From: Octopus vulgaris
Lineage: Eukaryota
Length of the DNA stretch: 64,000 nt
Assembly: GCA_951406725.2 (NCBI GenBank)
Contig: OX597814.1
Location: 140,058,001 to 140,122,000, forward strand
Direction: 5' to 3'
Made by a program: the position numbers and the translations under genes. The notes below the pieces were generated by a model. It saw nothing but the letters and a program-made list of their open reading frames with translations, was not told where the DNA came from and made no database searches. Positions 40,435 to 53,765 of the stretch are shown one piece after another; the stretch's first letter is position 1, and each line of letters opens with the position of its first letter.

Positions 40435-41560
40435 TAGTTATATCTTATTTAGTCAAGGAGAAATAGATATAATCTATAGTATGACAATGAGAAAGATCAA
40501 GGGACGGCCCTCAACTTTGATTTACAAGGAATGACAAATTTGTTGATAGAAATATGTTACATGAGAATCCTGTTGTTAAAAATATTACCAATGGTGGGAT
40601 TCTTCTGGACAGCAATAAGATGTTTACCTAGCTATGGATCAATTTAATGACATTGTGAATTCAATGTGATATGAGCAGTTGTGTATCATCCATCACACTT
40701 CGATATTTTGAGAACATAAACATTTTCATTACAATTCCTATCAGAAACTTTTTGGCAAATTGTGTTTACACTGTATTTAGTTGGGGTTTTTTTTGTCATC
40801 ATCGTCATCATATTTTGTTTTTGTTTTTTAGATTTGTTCCTTGTCGCACAAACAACAATTCTAGATTTCTAAGCTCATTGTTGGTTGATTTGATAAAAAA
40901 TGCTCTGATATTGTTCATCTGTGGAGCTTCATATGTGTATACTGTGGTGATTTGTTGGATTTTTTTTTTGTTCTGTGCAGTACCTTTGTCTATTGTTACT
41001 TTGATGTTTTTCTTTAGAATAGCTCAGATTATAAAAGTTGATATTGTTGGATGGGAACAAGTACAAAAATGTGTACAGTTACTTGCATTTAATTCGACTG
41101 GAGGTTTGGATGGCGTTCAAAAGAAGTAGAGTAAGAATTTGTAAACTAAGTGATAGTTATCTGAAACGCATAAGATGTACAAAGAGAAAAGTGATAATTT
41201 AAATGCAGGTGATTCATAAAGGATGTTTCAAGCAACTGTTAGGGACTAGAGTATTATGGTGATGTATACATGTACATGCACCCATAAGTGCACACACACA
41301 TATACTACACACACAATTACTACTTCATTAGTTTGCACATTTTAAGTGGAATCTACGATAGTATATCTATGCATATACATAAAGTGTATGCATGTTCTGA
41401 TATTGCTCTTCTATGCAATGTAAAATGCTTGTAAGTGTACAAGCAGTTTTAGTGTCTCAGAACCAAGGGTGATCTCAGACAGGTGAAACCACACCTGCTT
41501 CTAAGATACAAAATTACTGTTTTGAAGGGATCTAAATGAAAACCTTCCATTCAAATTCAT

Positions 41561-42092
41561 AATAATAATAATAATAATAATAATGAAATTATTGTATACA
41601 GTGCGCAGGTGCACCACAACTTGTCAAAAGTGCATATAAAGCATATGCAGTAATGTACAAATGTCTGGAAAGTGAACAGTGTATGAATCAGATACATGCT
41701 TGCATGTGTATGGAGGAGAGAAAATCAGGTGTAGTGTTGGCGAATCTCAGGAAGCATGGAAGTTTTGAAGGATGCAGTGCTCCAACAACTAACAACTGAT
41801 GCCAGCAGTTTGTTCCATGCCTCAGCAACTCTTAGCGTGAAAAAATGTTTCTGAAAGTCATAGGAGCTGTACTGTTTTCTGACTTTGTAAACATGTCCAT
41901 GGGTGTTAGACAGGTGGAGTTTGAAAAGATGCTCAGAGTTGTTGTTGGTAAGATGGTTAATAATTTTATGGGTGTCTGCCAAGTCAGCTGCCAGATGTCA
42001 GAGTTTCAACGTATCCATGCCCAGCGAAGTAAGGTGTTCAGAATATAGCAAATGCCTGATAGAGGGTATTCTCTTGGCTGCACATCACTGAA
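41561..42092 (-). mobile_element. 5'-truncated CR1-type LINE (ORF2 C-terminus, 3' UTR, ATT tail)
   Basis: Q*CAAKRIPSIRHLLYSEHLTSLGMDTLKL*HLAADLADTHKII...THGHVYKV...KHFFTLRVAEAWNKL.ASVV...SFK; typical CR1 C-terminus. Inserted in a piggyBac-like MITE. Confidence 0.9.
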
Positions 42093-45000
42093 CGGTTTCC
42101 ATATTAATATATGTCCCAAACACCAGCTTAATGATGACAAAATTATTTTACTAAATTCTTCTTTATTTTCAAAATTAACTGAAACAATGATAATGTATTT
42201 CAACAGAGATAAGGTAACAAAAGGATTAAAGTGAGCTAAATGAAAACTTACTTCCTTCCCAATTTCATGATCATTTCTGTTCTAAATACCAGCTTATGAC
42301 AAAGTTATTTTACTAAATTCTTCATTATTTTCAAACTTAATTTTATTACAAAAGCAGTGTATCTCAATAGAAATATAGTAAGAAAAGGGGTTAAACTGCA
42401 GCATATCATACTTATGTTTTTCCTTTACTAGTATGTGTACTCTGAGTCTTCTGGTCATATTTCACTGCTTTGCATTTCATTTAATCTGCTGGTTTTACAT
42501 AGTCTTCTTTCAATTTCTTCAGTCAGTTTTAATTCAAGAACTGGTTGTACCATCTTAATATTAGAACTTATCTACTTCTTTACACTTTGGTAGTCTGCTG
42601 TGCTGTTTTTTTTTTTTATATTACTGCATGCTCAGAGTGAAAGATTGATGGTATATTGGTAGTAATGGCAGAATAACAGAGAAAATGCAAAGAAGTATTT
42701 GGTCACCTTCTCATACATTCTGAGTTCAAATCCCATCAAGATCAGTTTACCTTTCATCCTTCCAGATTTGATAAACATAGTATAACTAAAGAACTGGGGC
42801 CAATATAATCAACTGTTTGCCTCTCTTAAGATATGTAGCTTTGTTTCAATGTCTTTTTTTTAGTTGTTTCAGTCACTGGGGCACTGCCTTAAAGGGCTTA
42901 TCAAACAAATCAACCCCAGTACTTTTTTTAAAAAGTTTGGTACTTATTCTACCTTCTATCAGTCTCTTTTGTCAAATCACTACATTAAACAAACCAACTC
43001 TACTTGTCAAGCAGTGGAGGTGGGCAAATACATGCACAAACACACACACATATGTACATAACAGGCTTCCACACAGTTTCTGTTTATCAGATTTACTGAC
43101 AATGTATTGGTTAGTCTGAGGCTACAGTAGAGGACACTGGTGCTGCACAATGGCAACCATTATATTCATGCATGTTATACACCTAAATTTTTTTTTTCCA
43201 ATCTGCTACATTGTTCCCTCCCTACATTGAGCGATTTTAGAAGCTGCTGGTCTTCAGAGAAATGGTTATGTTTGATAAGTAACTGCAAACTCATATCTTA
43301 GGTTTAACCATGTTCTTTCAGGTTAAGTTATCTCTTTGATATTTCAAACTCATTCTAGCACTTCTAAATTGACTATGTTATGAAAGCTGATCAGCCACAT
43401 GAACAATCTTCTGTTGTTATCTTATCCTTCCATAAAGGTTTTAAAAGGTTTCTGAATTCATAAATTTTGGATTTTATTTTCTTCAATTTTAAGTTTTTGG
43501 AAACACTGAATAGTATTTTTTCTTTCATCTAAAATCTTTTTTTTCTTCTCAAAATAAGCATTAAGAAATATTTAATAACATTAAGAACTATATCTTATAT
43601 ATTTAATTCCTATTTTTATTGATTAATATTAATCCCTTGATAGTGTAAATATAAAGATTGAATAATATCTTTTTTTTTTAATTTCTATTTCTGAAAGATT
43701 CTCTACTTTATTGTATGCCATAGTTCATTGTAAGATCTTGACTTCGTTGGAAAGAAAATTGATTTTTAACATTAAAATATAGATAACTTCTTGGTTAAAT
43801 GTAAGATTTTATTTCTTTGTATTGAATGTAAAGCAAATTATCTGACAAACAATCCAAACAGTGGAATAAGGTTTATGTTGTGAGGAAGAAGAGAAATTTA
43901 ACTCTTTACTGTTTAAACCAGCAATATCTGAACTAAGGAACGTGGCTCAGTAGTTAGAGCATCAGGCACACAGTCATGAGGCAGTGAGTTTGATTCCCAG
44001 ACCAGCCTGTGTGTTGTGTTCTTGAGCAAGGCACTTTATTTCACATTGCTCCAGTTCACTCAGCTGTAGAAATGAGTTGCATCATTACTGGTGTCAAGCT
44101 GTATCAGCCTTTACCTTTCCTTTGGATAACATTGGTGGTAGATATGAGCAGTTTAAATGTTAAAGGCTTAATGTCCATATTTCATGTAGGCATGGGTCTT
44201 ATGGAATTCAATGAAGCAGGTTTTCTATTGGTAGACGCCTTTCTTGTCACCATTTCCCTCTTGTTTCCAAGCAAGGGAATACTTCCCCATGACCAGACAA
44301 GTTTTCATGGAAGATTAGAAACAAGGGACGCTGTTTGTGTTTGTGTGATACTTATTTATAACTATCATGCAATGTCAAAACATGAAAACAAAGACACATG
44401 CATCAACACATCCATGCACACATACATATGCACCCACACAGGCATATATAAATACTTATACAAATGTACACATTCACATGATGGTCACTCCCCATCAGTT
44501 TCGATGTATGAGTGTTTGAAGGTGAGGATTTAAAGAAAAAAAGGGAGAAAAAGACAGGAAAAAACTTCTAAAAATAAAAGAATAAAAGAAACTGCATCCA
44601 TTTGCAGTCGATGCATAAATGTAATTTGAATCCAAGAATGGATTTTGCTATGAAGTCACATTGGGGACAATGATGATTTTGATTTTGTCTACGATTGGGC
44701 AAACATGTCTCTCAATTGCAGTATATAATCCTTTTATTATTCTGTTTCTTCAACTCAAAATACACACACACCATGAGCATCTTTCAATTTCTGTCCAGTA
44801 AATCCATTCACAAAAATTTGGTCAACCTGTGTTGGCCAATTAATAAATCAAGATAGGGATATGCAGAAATGTGTGTTTATAAGTGTGTGTGTGTGTGAGC
44901 ATATATGAAAATGTGCATATTTAGAATTAACTACAAATCATGTGCATCCTTCGGAAATAGACATGGCTGTTTAATTAAGAAGTTTCATTGGCACCCACAT

Positions 45001-46663
45001 ACTTTGAGTTTTATTTCCACTTCATGGGACTTGGATGACACTTGCTCAAGGTGCTACATAATGGATATATGTATATATATCATGCAGACATAGTTGTGCA
45101 ATTAAAAACTTTGTTTCCTGACCATGTGGTGTTGGTTTCAATCCCATTGCCTGATGCCTTGGCAACTGTCATCTACTTTAGCCCTGGCTAAGTACAGGCA
45201 TAGCTGTATGGATAAGAAATTTGTTTCACAATTACTTGGTTTTAGATTCAGTCCTATTGCCTGGCATCCTTAAGTGTCTTTTACCAAAACCCCCAGGCTG
45301 ACCAAAGCCTTGTGAGTGGATTTGCTACATGGAAACTGGAAGGAACTTAGCATGTGTGTGTGTGTCCTTATGTTGATTTGCAGTGGTTGTGAATGCCTGT
45401 CACCATCACATACACATGTAAAGAGAGAGCAAAAGCTGGTTAAAGGAATCAGCTATAGTGTGCATGAGGGAAGATTCTACATATCAGCTCTTCCAAAATG
45501 CATTTGATATAAATAGGGGCATCAGAAATGATGAGTGACTTAATGGAGGTTTCCTCCATTTATAGCTATATGTAGATATGTAGGCCTGTATGAGTGTATA
45601 TTTGCAGATATATATGTATGTTTATGTCTATGTGTAAGTATATACACCCTTCTGGTAATTGTGAAGTATGAACACTTATTTGGAGATACAGCCTGTGATT
45701 CTCCCTTTATGGAAACTCAGATGAAGTTTAGCATTATTCAAAACTAAAATCACTATACACGTTTTTTAACCACATGTGTCCCTACACTACCCTGCTACAA
45801 ATTAAGTAAATGATGCACCAATTCAACCGATCTTGTTTTCCATTTATCCATTCATTTACCTTGTTTGTGTATTTTCAGTTTCAACTAACTTGGGTCTTGC
45901 TACTAATTTTAATCAAACAACATTTCCTCTTATTTCATTTCAGCACTTTTAATTTTCTCATATATATTATATATTTTTGCATCCTAAATAATACAACTAG
46001 TTTTCACTGATGGATTCCATTTTACTATTTAGCTTGGAATTCTTGCCACTTCTTGCTACTATTGGATTTAACTATTAACCCATAAGGTATTGCACATTAC
46101 TTTTAATCAAAATGACTGGAAAGAAACCATAAAGAAGAAGGGAAGACAGTAATGTGAAAAGAAGTCATAAAGAGATGATGCAGTCATTAAACCTGATCTT
46201 TTACAAAGGTTTGATGCCGGAAAAAAAAAAAATCAGCTATAGTGCAAAAAACATTGAAGCTTGCAACACCTACTACATAAACGCTACATGACAATAAAGA
46301 TAAAATAAGGTCAAGTGTTTAAGTAGCTATTTTGTTAACTGCTTTGGCATTCTATTTTTTTGTTTTTTTTTCATAGATCTGAAGTAATGCAATTGAGAAG
46401 CATTTGAAATGCAACACTTTTTACTGTAATGTGAACTACATTACTACACCAATATAAACTATATTATAGAATTACTTTGGTATAAAATTTCTTGGTTCAC
46501 TTCATCAACTATATTAGCAATCATTTTACCATTAACTCTTCATGCAGATCCCACCTTCCAACCAGTCATTCTGTTTAAGTCATCCTGCTTCTTGGCATTC
46601 ATTCATGAAAAACCTGTATCTTCTCAAATCATTCTATCATCTGATAGTGAAAATTAGATCTTA

Positions 46664-46704
46664 CTTCACTGATGAGGTCACATAAGAACAAAACACGTCT
46701 AGAG
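46664..46704 (+). ncRNA. Decayed minimal hammerhead motif
   Basis: CTTCA-CTGATGA-GGTC-ACATAA-GAAC-AAAA-CAC-GTC-TAGAG; GAAA>AAAA and CGCG>CACG are explicable by CpG decay. Confidence 0.5.
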
Positions 46705-47004
46705 CTGTCATTGTATTACTTAAGATTAACCTCACTCCCCACTGTATTTCATAGCTCATTAATTTTGATAAATTTAAATCTCATGGTTGTGTCCCCTGTT
46801 TTTCTTGGCCAAAATTATTCATTTTGATAATAATTTTTTTTTTTTTCTTTTTACTTGGATGTAATTTTAATTACTTGAAATATCTTGACTAACTACATTA
46901 AGAATGCTAGCTTTACTACTAATTATTCATGCAGCACATGCACTTCATATTCCCCACCTCACTGTCATTTATCTGTTTATTACCTTTTTTACTTGCTAAG
47001 TTTG

Positions 47005-47335
47005 AAGGAAGGGGCAGCCCTGCTATAGCAGTGAACTTGATGCCATTAATATTCTGTTTAAATTGCTGCAAGAAAGACATGAACAGGGAAAAGATTCCAG
47101 TAAGATGATGTTCTGGGGAGATAAAAACTAGGCAAGTCTGTTAGTGTGGAGCTGTGGTATTTGGATGAAACAGAGTTGACGAGAGATGGAGACATGAGTG
47201 GGTCAGAGATACTCATATTGGAGAGATATGAGACCAGTCAGTTGTGAAGAACAGAAGCCACTGTAGTTGTAACAGAAAAGACATGTGGAGGTGACAGAAT
47301 GCTCATGGGTCAGAGGCTGGAGTGTGACTGTTACT
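47005..47335 (-). pseudogene. Old CR1/L2-group LINE 3' end remnant
   Basis: LQPLTHEHSVTSTCLFCYNYSGFCSSQLTGLI...LPRTSSYWNLFPVHVF..FKQNIN resembles LQPLSHRR.VASLSLFYRYY.G.CSSEL...FFPRT..LWNSLP..VF. Confidence 0.7.
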
Positions 47336-47713
47336 GATTTAATGCTTGTAAGTTGAGTGGCCTTTCTTTGGATGCAATCTGGGGTACTAAAATATATTGA
47401 TAAAAGTTTACTCCTTGCTACTAATTAGTTTTGATTCAAATCTCTAAACTAATACTTCTTATTACTTCCAAATTTTCAATTTTGTTTACACTTCCTGGCA
47501 ATTCCATATATTTTCTTCTTATTCATATTTAGAAGAGAAGGGAAGAATAAGCACTATTTATTTTGTTGCAGCTCCTATTGATCACTAACACCCTTTTTTC
47601 TCAATGTTAATAGCCATGTGTCTCCTCTACAAAATCTTGTCTGCCGCCCCTCACATACTTTAACCCCCTCATTCCCAAATGTAAAATTCAATAAAGTTGA
47701 CCTCACTAGTACT

Positions 47714-48017
47714 GTTGTTTGTTCCTTCTCGAGCCACGCCTGGCTCATAAGGGCTGGTTTCCCACTTTCCTTGGTGTAAAGGTTCCCCACCTGGATGGGA
47801 CGTTGGTCCATCACAGGTGAGCTGCAAGATGCAGGAGGAAAGAGTGAGAGAAAGTTGTGGCGAAAGAGTCAGCAGAAGTTCGCCATTTACCTTCTGCTGG
47901 AGCCACATGGAGCTTAGGTGTTTCACTCATAAACACACACATCACCCGGTCTGAGATTCGAACTCACGATCCCTCGACCATGAGTCCACTGCTCTAACCA
48001 CTAGGCCATGTGCTTCC
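47714..48017 (-). mobile_element. Full-length tRNA-derived SINE with 14-bp TSD
   Basis: Minus-strand head GGAAGCACATGGCCTAGTGG (A box) ... GAGTTCGAATCTC (B box); tail AACAAACAAC; TSD ACCTCACTAGTACT at 47700-47713 and 48018-48031. Confidence 0.9.
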
Positions 48018-48637
48018 ACCTCACTAGTACTAGTGGCATAAAAAAAAGCACCCAGTACACACTGTAGAGCGGTTGCATTAGGAAGGGCATCAAGCCATAG
48101 AAATTAGATCAATGCAGACACTAGGGCACAGTGCAGTCCTTTGACACATCAGATCCTATCAAACCATCCAGTTCATGCCAGCATGGAACATGGACATTAG
48201 ATGATGACCGTGATGACAACGACAATCAATATCATCATCCACACCCTAGTCTCTGTAATTTCTTACCTGTTTTTCTACTCAAGATAAGGGAGGTCAATTC
48301 CTTATCCAAGCCACAGACCAATTCCAGAGACATGGTTGCAAAACAGTAAGCACTTCAGTAAAACAAATCAACAGCTTAACCACTCAGTCATTGTGACTTC
48401 ATCATCATCATCATTTAACGTCCACTTTTCCATGCTCGAATGGGTCAGACAGAATTTGTTGAGGCAGTTTGTCTATATTCCTGTCATCAACCCTCACCTG
48501 TTTTCAAACAAGGTTATATTTTCCCATGGCCAAACATGTTTTTCATGGAATACTGGAAATGAACAACTGCATGTGTGATGGTGATGTTCATTTACAACCA
48601 CCACATGATGTTTAGACAAGGGTACACACAAGACAGT

Positions 48638-48677
<40 letters not shown>

Positions 48678-50714
48678 CAACAGGCTTCTTTCAGTCTTCT
48701 GCCATATCCACACAAGGCTGAAGTCCGTAGTAGAAGATACTTGCCCAAGGTACCACAGAGTGGACCTGAACCTTAGACCACATCATTAGGGAGCAAGTTT
48801 CTCAACCACACAGTCACACCTGTACCCTTTGTGTAAATTAAATATTCTAATAATCAGATCATTTATGTACTAATAATAGTAATCATCTCTATTTAGCAAT
48901 GAGCCAAAATTTCTTTGGCTGATTCCAATCCAATCTAAAAGAGTGAGCTGCACTCCCATTCCTAATTGATCAATTTGATCTCTAATTTTAATATAATAGT
49001 TGTACTTTTGTTATTGACCTACAAACATAGATAATTAATTCAACACAAGTTCATCTCTTAGCTATAAAGTTGAAGTCTTAAGAGTTTATCACTAAACATT
49101 CTTGTTAGAATTTATAAAGTGTTTATATTTCTAGTTTTCCTTTCTTTTTTTCCTTAATTAACTTAGCCTTATTTAGTTTTGTTTGTTCATTCAGTGTTCC
49201 TATTTTATTCTAAGCTCATGTAGCTTGGGCAGTTTATGCTAGGGTGGCTTTGCTGCAGGTTAGTCACTAGTGGTCAGCTGCTGGGATTGAAGGCAAGAAA
49301 TTGGCTTTGGACTTGTGCAGTTCACATTTTCTTTGTACCCCTGCAATCTTGTTCTGTTCATAGGAAGTGGCACCTGTGTGTGTATTTATTTCAAGTTATA
49401 AACACACAAAAATACAATTTAATATTAAACTGAAGAACTGCTGAATGCTTTCATTAGAGAATGTATTTATTATACTTTTACAAAAAGAGTAGTGATGGTC
49501 TTTGAAGTTTCAGACTGTCAAACAAAGGTTTGCAGGGCAAAACTTCAAAGACACTGTCACCACTCTTGCAAAAGTATAAGTATATATCTACAAAAAGTAT
49601 TGAGTAGTTCTTTGGTTTAATACTAAATTGGTTTTGTATATAATTTGAAATAAGAACAAACATTTGTGTGTGCGTGCACACACACACACACACACACACA
49701 CCAAACTTCCCATCAGCCAAATTCGCTTACAATGCACTGATTAGTTGATTCTTATGATACGAAGCACTTACCCTAGGTGCTTCACAGTAGGACTGAACCC
49801 AAAACCAAATGATTGAAAAACCACCTTCGTGACCATACAGCCATACCTGTGTCTTGTTTATACTTCTTAAACCTAATGCTTATGAATTAATGTTGTAAGA
49901 ACAGATATTGTTATATTTTGGGATGGGCATTTTTTTTTACCAAATAAACACATGCACTATATATTCATTCTTCACTCATTTATTATTGTTCTTATTTTAT
50001 CTTATGTCCATTGTCTGGAAATCTTTCATCACACATCTGTAACCTCTTCTAAAATTATTATACACTCAAACTGAATTTTAAAAATCATTTGAAATATATT
50101 TGAAATATTTTTCATATTTGTAAAATCATTAATAAAAAGAATCCTAAAAAATGTTAGGTTCATTATTCATTTGTCGAGATCTTTCAACAAAATCAGCAAG
50201 GCCACATCCACTTGGTTCCTAAACTGTAGAGAGAGAGAGAAAGAGTGAGAGAGATAGTAAATCTGTCAATTCCATTTTGTCAGTCTGCTTTGTAGATTGG
50301 TGTTGAGTTTTCATCAACCTCAGCCTGTTTTTGGTTCATTTTGCTACCTATTTTCTTTGTAATTTAGTCTTCACATATTGAAGTTACTACTATGTTATAT
50401 GTGTGTTGCAGTTGTTACTCAAGCAAGGAAGCCATCCTTGAAGAGCTGAATGAGTAAATGGTTTTTTTTCTTCTTCGTCTTCTTTCTAGTTTATTATGTG
50501 ATAGGTACAGCTATGGCTATGTAGTTAAGAAGTTTTCTTTCCAACCACATTGTTTTGGGTTCAATCCTACTGAATGGCACCTTGGGCAAATGACTTCTAC
50601 TGTAGCTCTGGGCTGACCAAAGCCTTGTGCATAGATTTGGTAGATGGAAAATGAAAAAAGCCCATTGTGTGTTTGTGTGTGCATTATGTGTATGTATAGA
50701 TGTATGTGTGTATG

Positions 50715-51570
50715 TCATCATCATTATTTAACATCCGCTTTCCATGGTGGCATGGGTTGGACAATTTGGTTGGTACTTGCAAGGCTGGGAGCTACACCAC
50801 ATTCCAATGTCTGTTTTGGTAAAGTTTCTACAGTTGGATACCCTCCCTAATGTCAACCACTTTTCAAAGTGTAGTAGGTGCTTTTTATGTGGCCCCAGAA
50901 CCAGTGTTTTTTTTTTATGTGGCACCATCACTGACAGGGGTACCAAGTATTTTGCAAGACAAAAGCCCAATCAAATGGGAGTGAGGCAAGGGGAGAAGTA
51001 TTGAGGGTGAGGAGCTTTGTGCCAGATAAAAGATTAAAGGTATAGAGAGACAGAGACAGGTGTCTTACTGTAGAAATCCCAGTTGAGAAAGAAAGGTGAG
51101 AGAGTTAGAGAGCAGTCTAAAAGTGATAGTGAGAGAGAGATGGTGGCAAAGGTGTGTTGAGGGACATTGCAGGTAGTGAGAATAAGTGAGGTGATACAGA
51201 AGTTTGGACTGCGTGAATGGACTGGATAGCAAAATGGATAGTGTTGCAAATGATGGATAGAAATATAGGAGACACTTAGGAGCAGTGGTTGTAGTAGATA
51301 TGTGAGGGCATTGAGGGTGATAGCAGATAAACAGGGTTTTAATGATGGAGAACAGCACAAGTGAGAGAAGGAGGAGATTGGTAGAGACAGTAGGTGCAAG
51401 AAGATAATGGGAAATGGATGTGGTTTGGGGTGTAAGAAAAAAGGTAACTGAGAAAGCAGGGAGATGTAAGTATATGCCTCTTCTGCTCTCAGGTGATAGA
51501 GAAGTGATAGATGTTGGGGGAAATGGTTGATGGAGCAGAGAGGATGGAGGTGAGGGCATAGCCTCTCATG
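50715..51570 (-). repeat. Old family-C-related repeat with long purine-skewed extension
   Basis: Shares GTGGCACCA..CAAGT..TTGCAAGACAA..CAGGTGTCTT blocks with 31370-31760 and 38030-38290. Confidence 0.55.
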
Positions 51571-52513
51571 GACAAGCATTATCAAACTGTTTTTTATATA
51601 TGTGTGTGTGTGTGTGTGTGAGAGAGAGTATGTATTTTTATGTCTTCTTGTCTTGACATTGCATGATAGTTGTAAATGTTTGTCACTGTCATACAAATAA
51701 TGTCATTCATTCCCAATATTCTGCAAAAACATATTTGGCCACAAAGAAATAACTACTTTGCTTGGAAACAGGGGAAGGTTGGTGGCAGGAAGGGCATCCA
51801 GTTCATAGAAAATCTGCCTTAGTAAGCTCTGTCCAGCCCATGCTTGCATGTGGTTGTTAAAATGATGATGATGTTGTAGTAGTAGTAGTAGTAGTAATTT
51901 CCATTGGGAGAATTTAATACATTGAAGACATAAATGATTGATTACTTTCCTCTTTCTAAACTTTTCCTTTTCCTGAAGGCTTTAAATCTTAAATTGTCTA
52001 TTATTTCCGTGTGTGTGTGTGTGTTTTTATATCTTTCCTGTATCATCCAGCACTTGTTTTTGCATGATCTTGATAATGTCCTTGGCATTTGTAAGTGACC
52101 ACAAACGTTTTCTGGAGGACATCTATTTTTTAAGAATTTTTCTTAAGCCCTAGGACTTATAAGGCCAGTTTCCCAGTTTCTGTGATGTATGAGTGATCAA
52201 AATTACAACATTCCTCTGGAAGGGGTGCAGTTCTGGTGCAGAGTTCAAGGGATAAAAAACAAAGTTGACCTCTGCAGAATTTGAACTCAAAATGCCAAGA
52301 GCCAGAAAAATGCTGCAAAACTGATTCTACCAGTTTACCATGTAGATGACAACTAATATATGATTTATAATGCTTCATAAATTGGTTTAAATGTGCGTCA
52401 GACCAAAATTTCAGAGACCTCAACTTTTGAGAACTGATATTTGCATCAGATGTAAAACACATAAGTTGAGAATACAATGATTATTAATTTATTTTTTTTT
52501 TGTATTCTTGACA

Positions 52514-52830
52514 GGCATCCATGCTGGAGATCTTCCTTCTTATGTCACACACTAGGGTTCTCAAAATCATAGCAAAAACCAAAATTATAATCTTTGATAT
52601 CAATAAGTCCTTTAAACCATATATCTAACATAAAAGTTCCTTGCAAACTTGTCTGCCTATGAGCTCCAGTTATCTCTCATTTTATGGCTAAGAAGTTTCT
52701 TCTCACAGTTTCTTTTATCAGAGTGTGCATCAACAGGGCACTCTGTCCATTATTCTATCAAGACTGGTCCACATCCAGGTTGTTATTTCTCTTGTACACT
52801 TCCTTCTGTATTTCACTGTTACTTCTAACC
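52514..52830 (+). pseudogene. Decayed LINE reverse transcriptase fragment (CR1/L2 group)
   Basis: Across frames: HAGDLPSYVTH* / IIFDINKSFK..*HK / LANLSAYE / SIKTGPHPG / VISLVHFLLYF, matching STGDLL.YVTH.W, LDISKAFD.VWH, KL..YG, GVPQGSVLSP.LFLLY. Confidence 0.7.
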
Positions 52831-52885
52831 ATACACAATGCTTTCACTTCTATGAATTCTGTGGAGTCATATGGAGTTCATTATA

Positions 52886-53098
52886 CAAGGGGGTGCTGAA
52901 AACTTCCTGATTTTGGATAAAAGAAAATACAGGAGGATCAGTTATGATTTTATTCAATATATTCCCTTCTCAGATTCACACACTTATTGCAGTAGTCCTT
53001 CAGTTTTTCTAAGCCATGTAAAAGAACTCAGAAGGTTGGGCCTCCAACAAGGCCTTTCACAACACCCTTAAAGCCAGAAACTTTTCAGCACCCCCTTG
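52886..53098. mobile_element. mariner-type MITE
   Basis: Terminal inverted repeats CAAGGGGGTGCTGAAAACTTCCTG / CAGAAACTTTTCAGCACCCCCTTG; TA on the left, CA on the right. Confidence 0.85.
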
Positions 53099-53642
53099 CA
53101 TATGCATATTTCAGGAGTTCTTGCTTCTTCCTCAGCATCACATCCAACCTATTTGCTATTCATGAACATGTTGCTTAAATAGCTACCAAATATAGTGGTG
53201 TAACACTATTGGATATATCAATTTTACAAAATAAACACATTCCTAGTAACTGGTACAGAATATCATAACTTTCTGTACTGTCTATAATCCCTATAGAAAA
53301 TCTGTAGAGATAACTTTAAAAAGTGACTGAATTGCACTGCTAACACAGGTAGGACACGGTATTGACTTATAAGCCTTTAGTATACTTGGTAGTAATTACA
53401 AATGGTTGCATTACAAAATATGGTGTCCCTACTATGCTGTGTTTTGGTTTTCAACTTTTCTAATAATAGTTGCTTTATATTTCTCTTCCATTATTTGATT
53501 TCATGATTTTTTCGTTTGAAATTTTTTTTAATTGAAAATATATATTGTAATTAAATCTCAGTATGTTTAAGGAAGTATTAACCTGCTTTTTTTTTGGGGG
53601 GGGGGGATGTATCTTACCTAAATAGACTGCTGATGTTTTATA

Positions 53643-53765
53643 CGAGGAGTGTATGAAAAGTTTTGAGCCTTCAAGGCCTTTCAGCCTTGATGTCTTGTAC
53701 CTTCATCAGAAGTCTTGTACCATGTTTTGCTTTTTTGAGGCTCAAAACTTTTCATACACTGCTCG
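53643..53765. mobile_element. 123-bp mariner-type MITE
   Basis: 28-bp terminal inverted repeats CGAGGAGTGTATGAAAAGTTTTGAGCCT / AGGCTCAAAACTTTTCATACACTGCTCG (1 mismatch), TA on both sides. Confidence 0.9.

Noticed and set aside
40671-41130. 152-aa hydrophobic ORF and an exon-like segment 41018-41130
   Set aside because: Hydrophobicity reflects T-rich DNA. The AG...GTAAGA segment has stops in all frames, so at most it is a non-coding exon I cannot support.
47940-48017. tRNA gene
   Set aside because: A and B boxes are present, but there is no closing acceptor stem and it is the head of a TSD-flanked SINE.
51034-51696. 220-aa ORF, the longest in the track
   Set aside because: Arises from a pyrimidine-skewed repeat plus microsatellite and SINE sequence; no domain signal.
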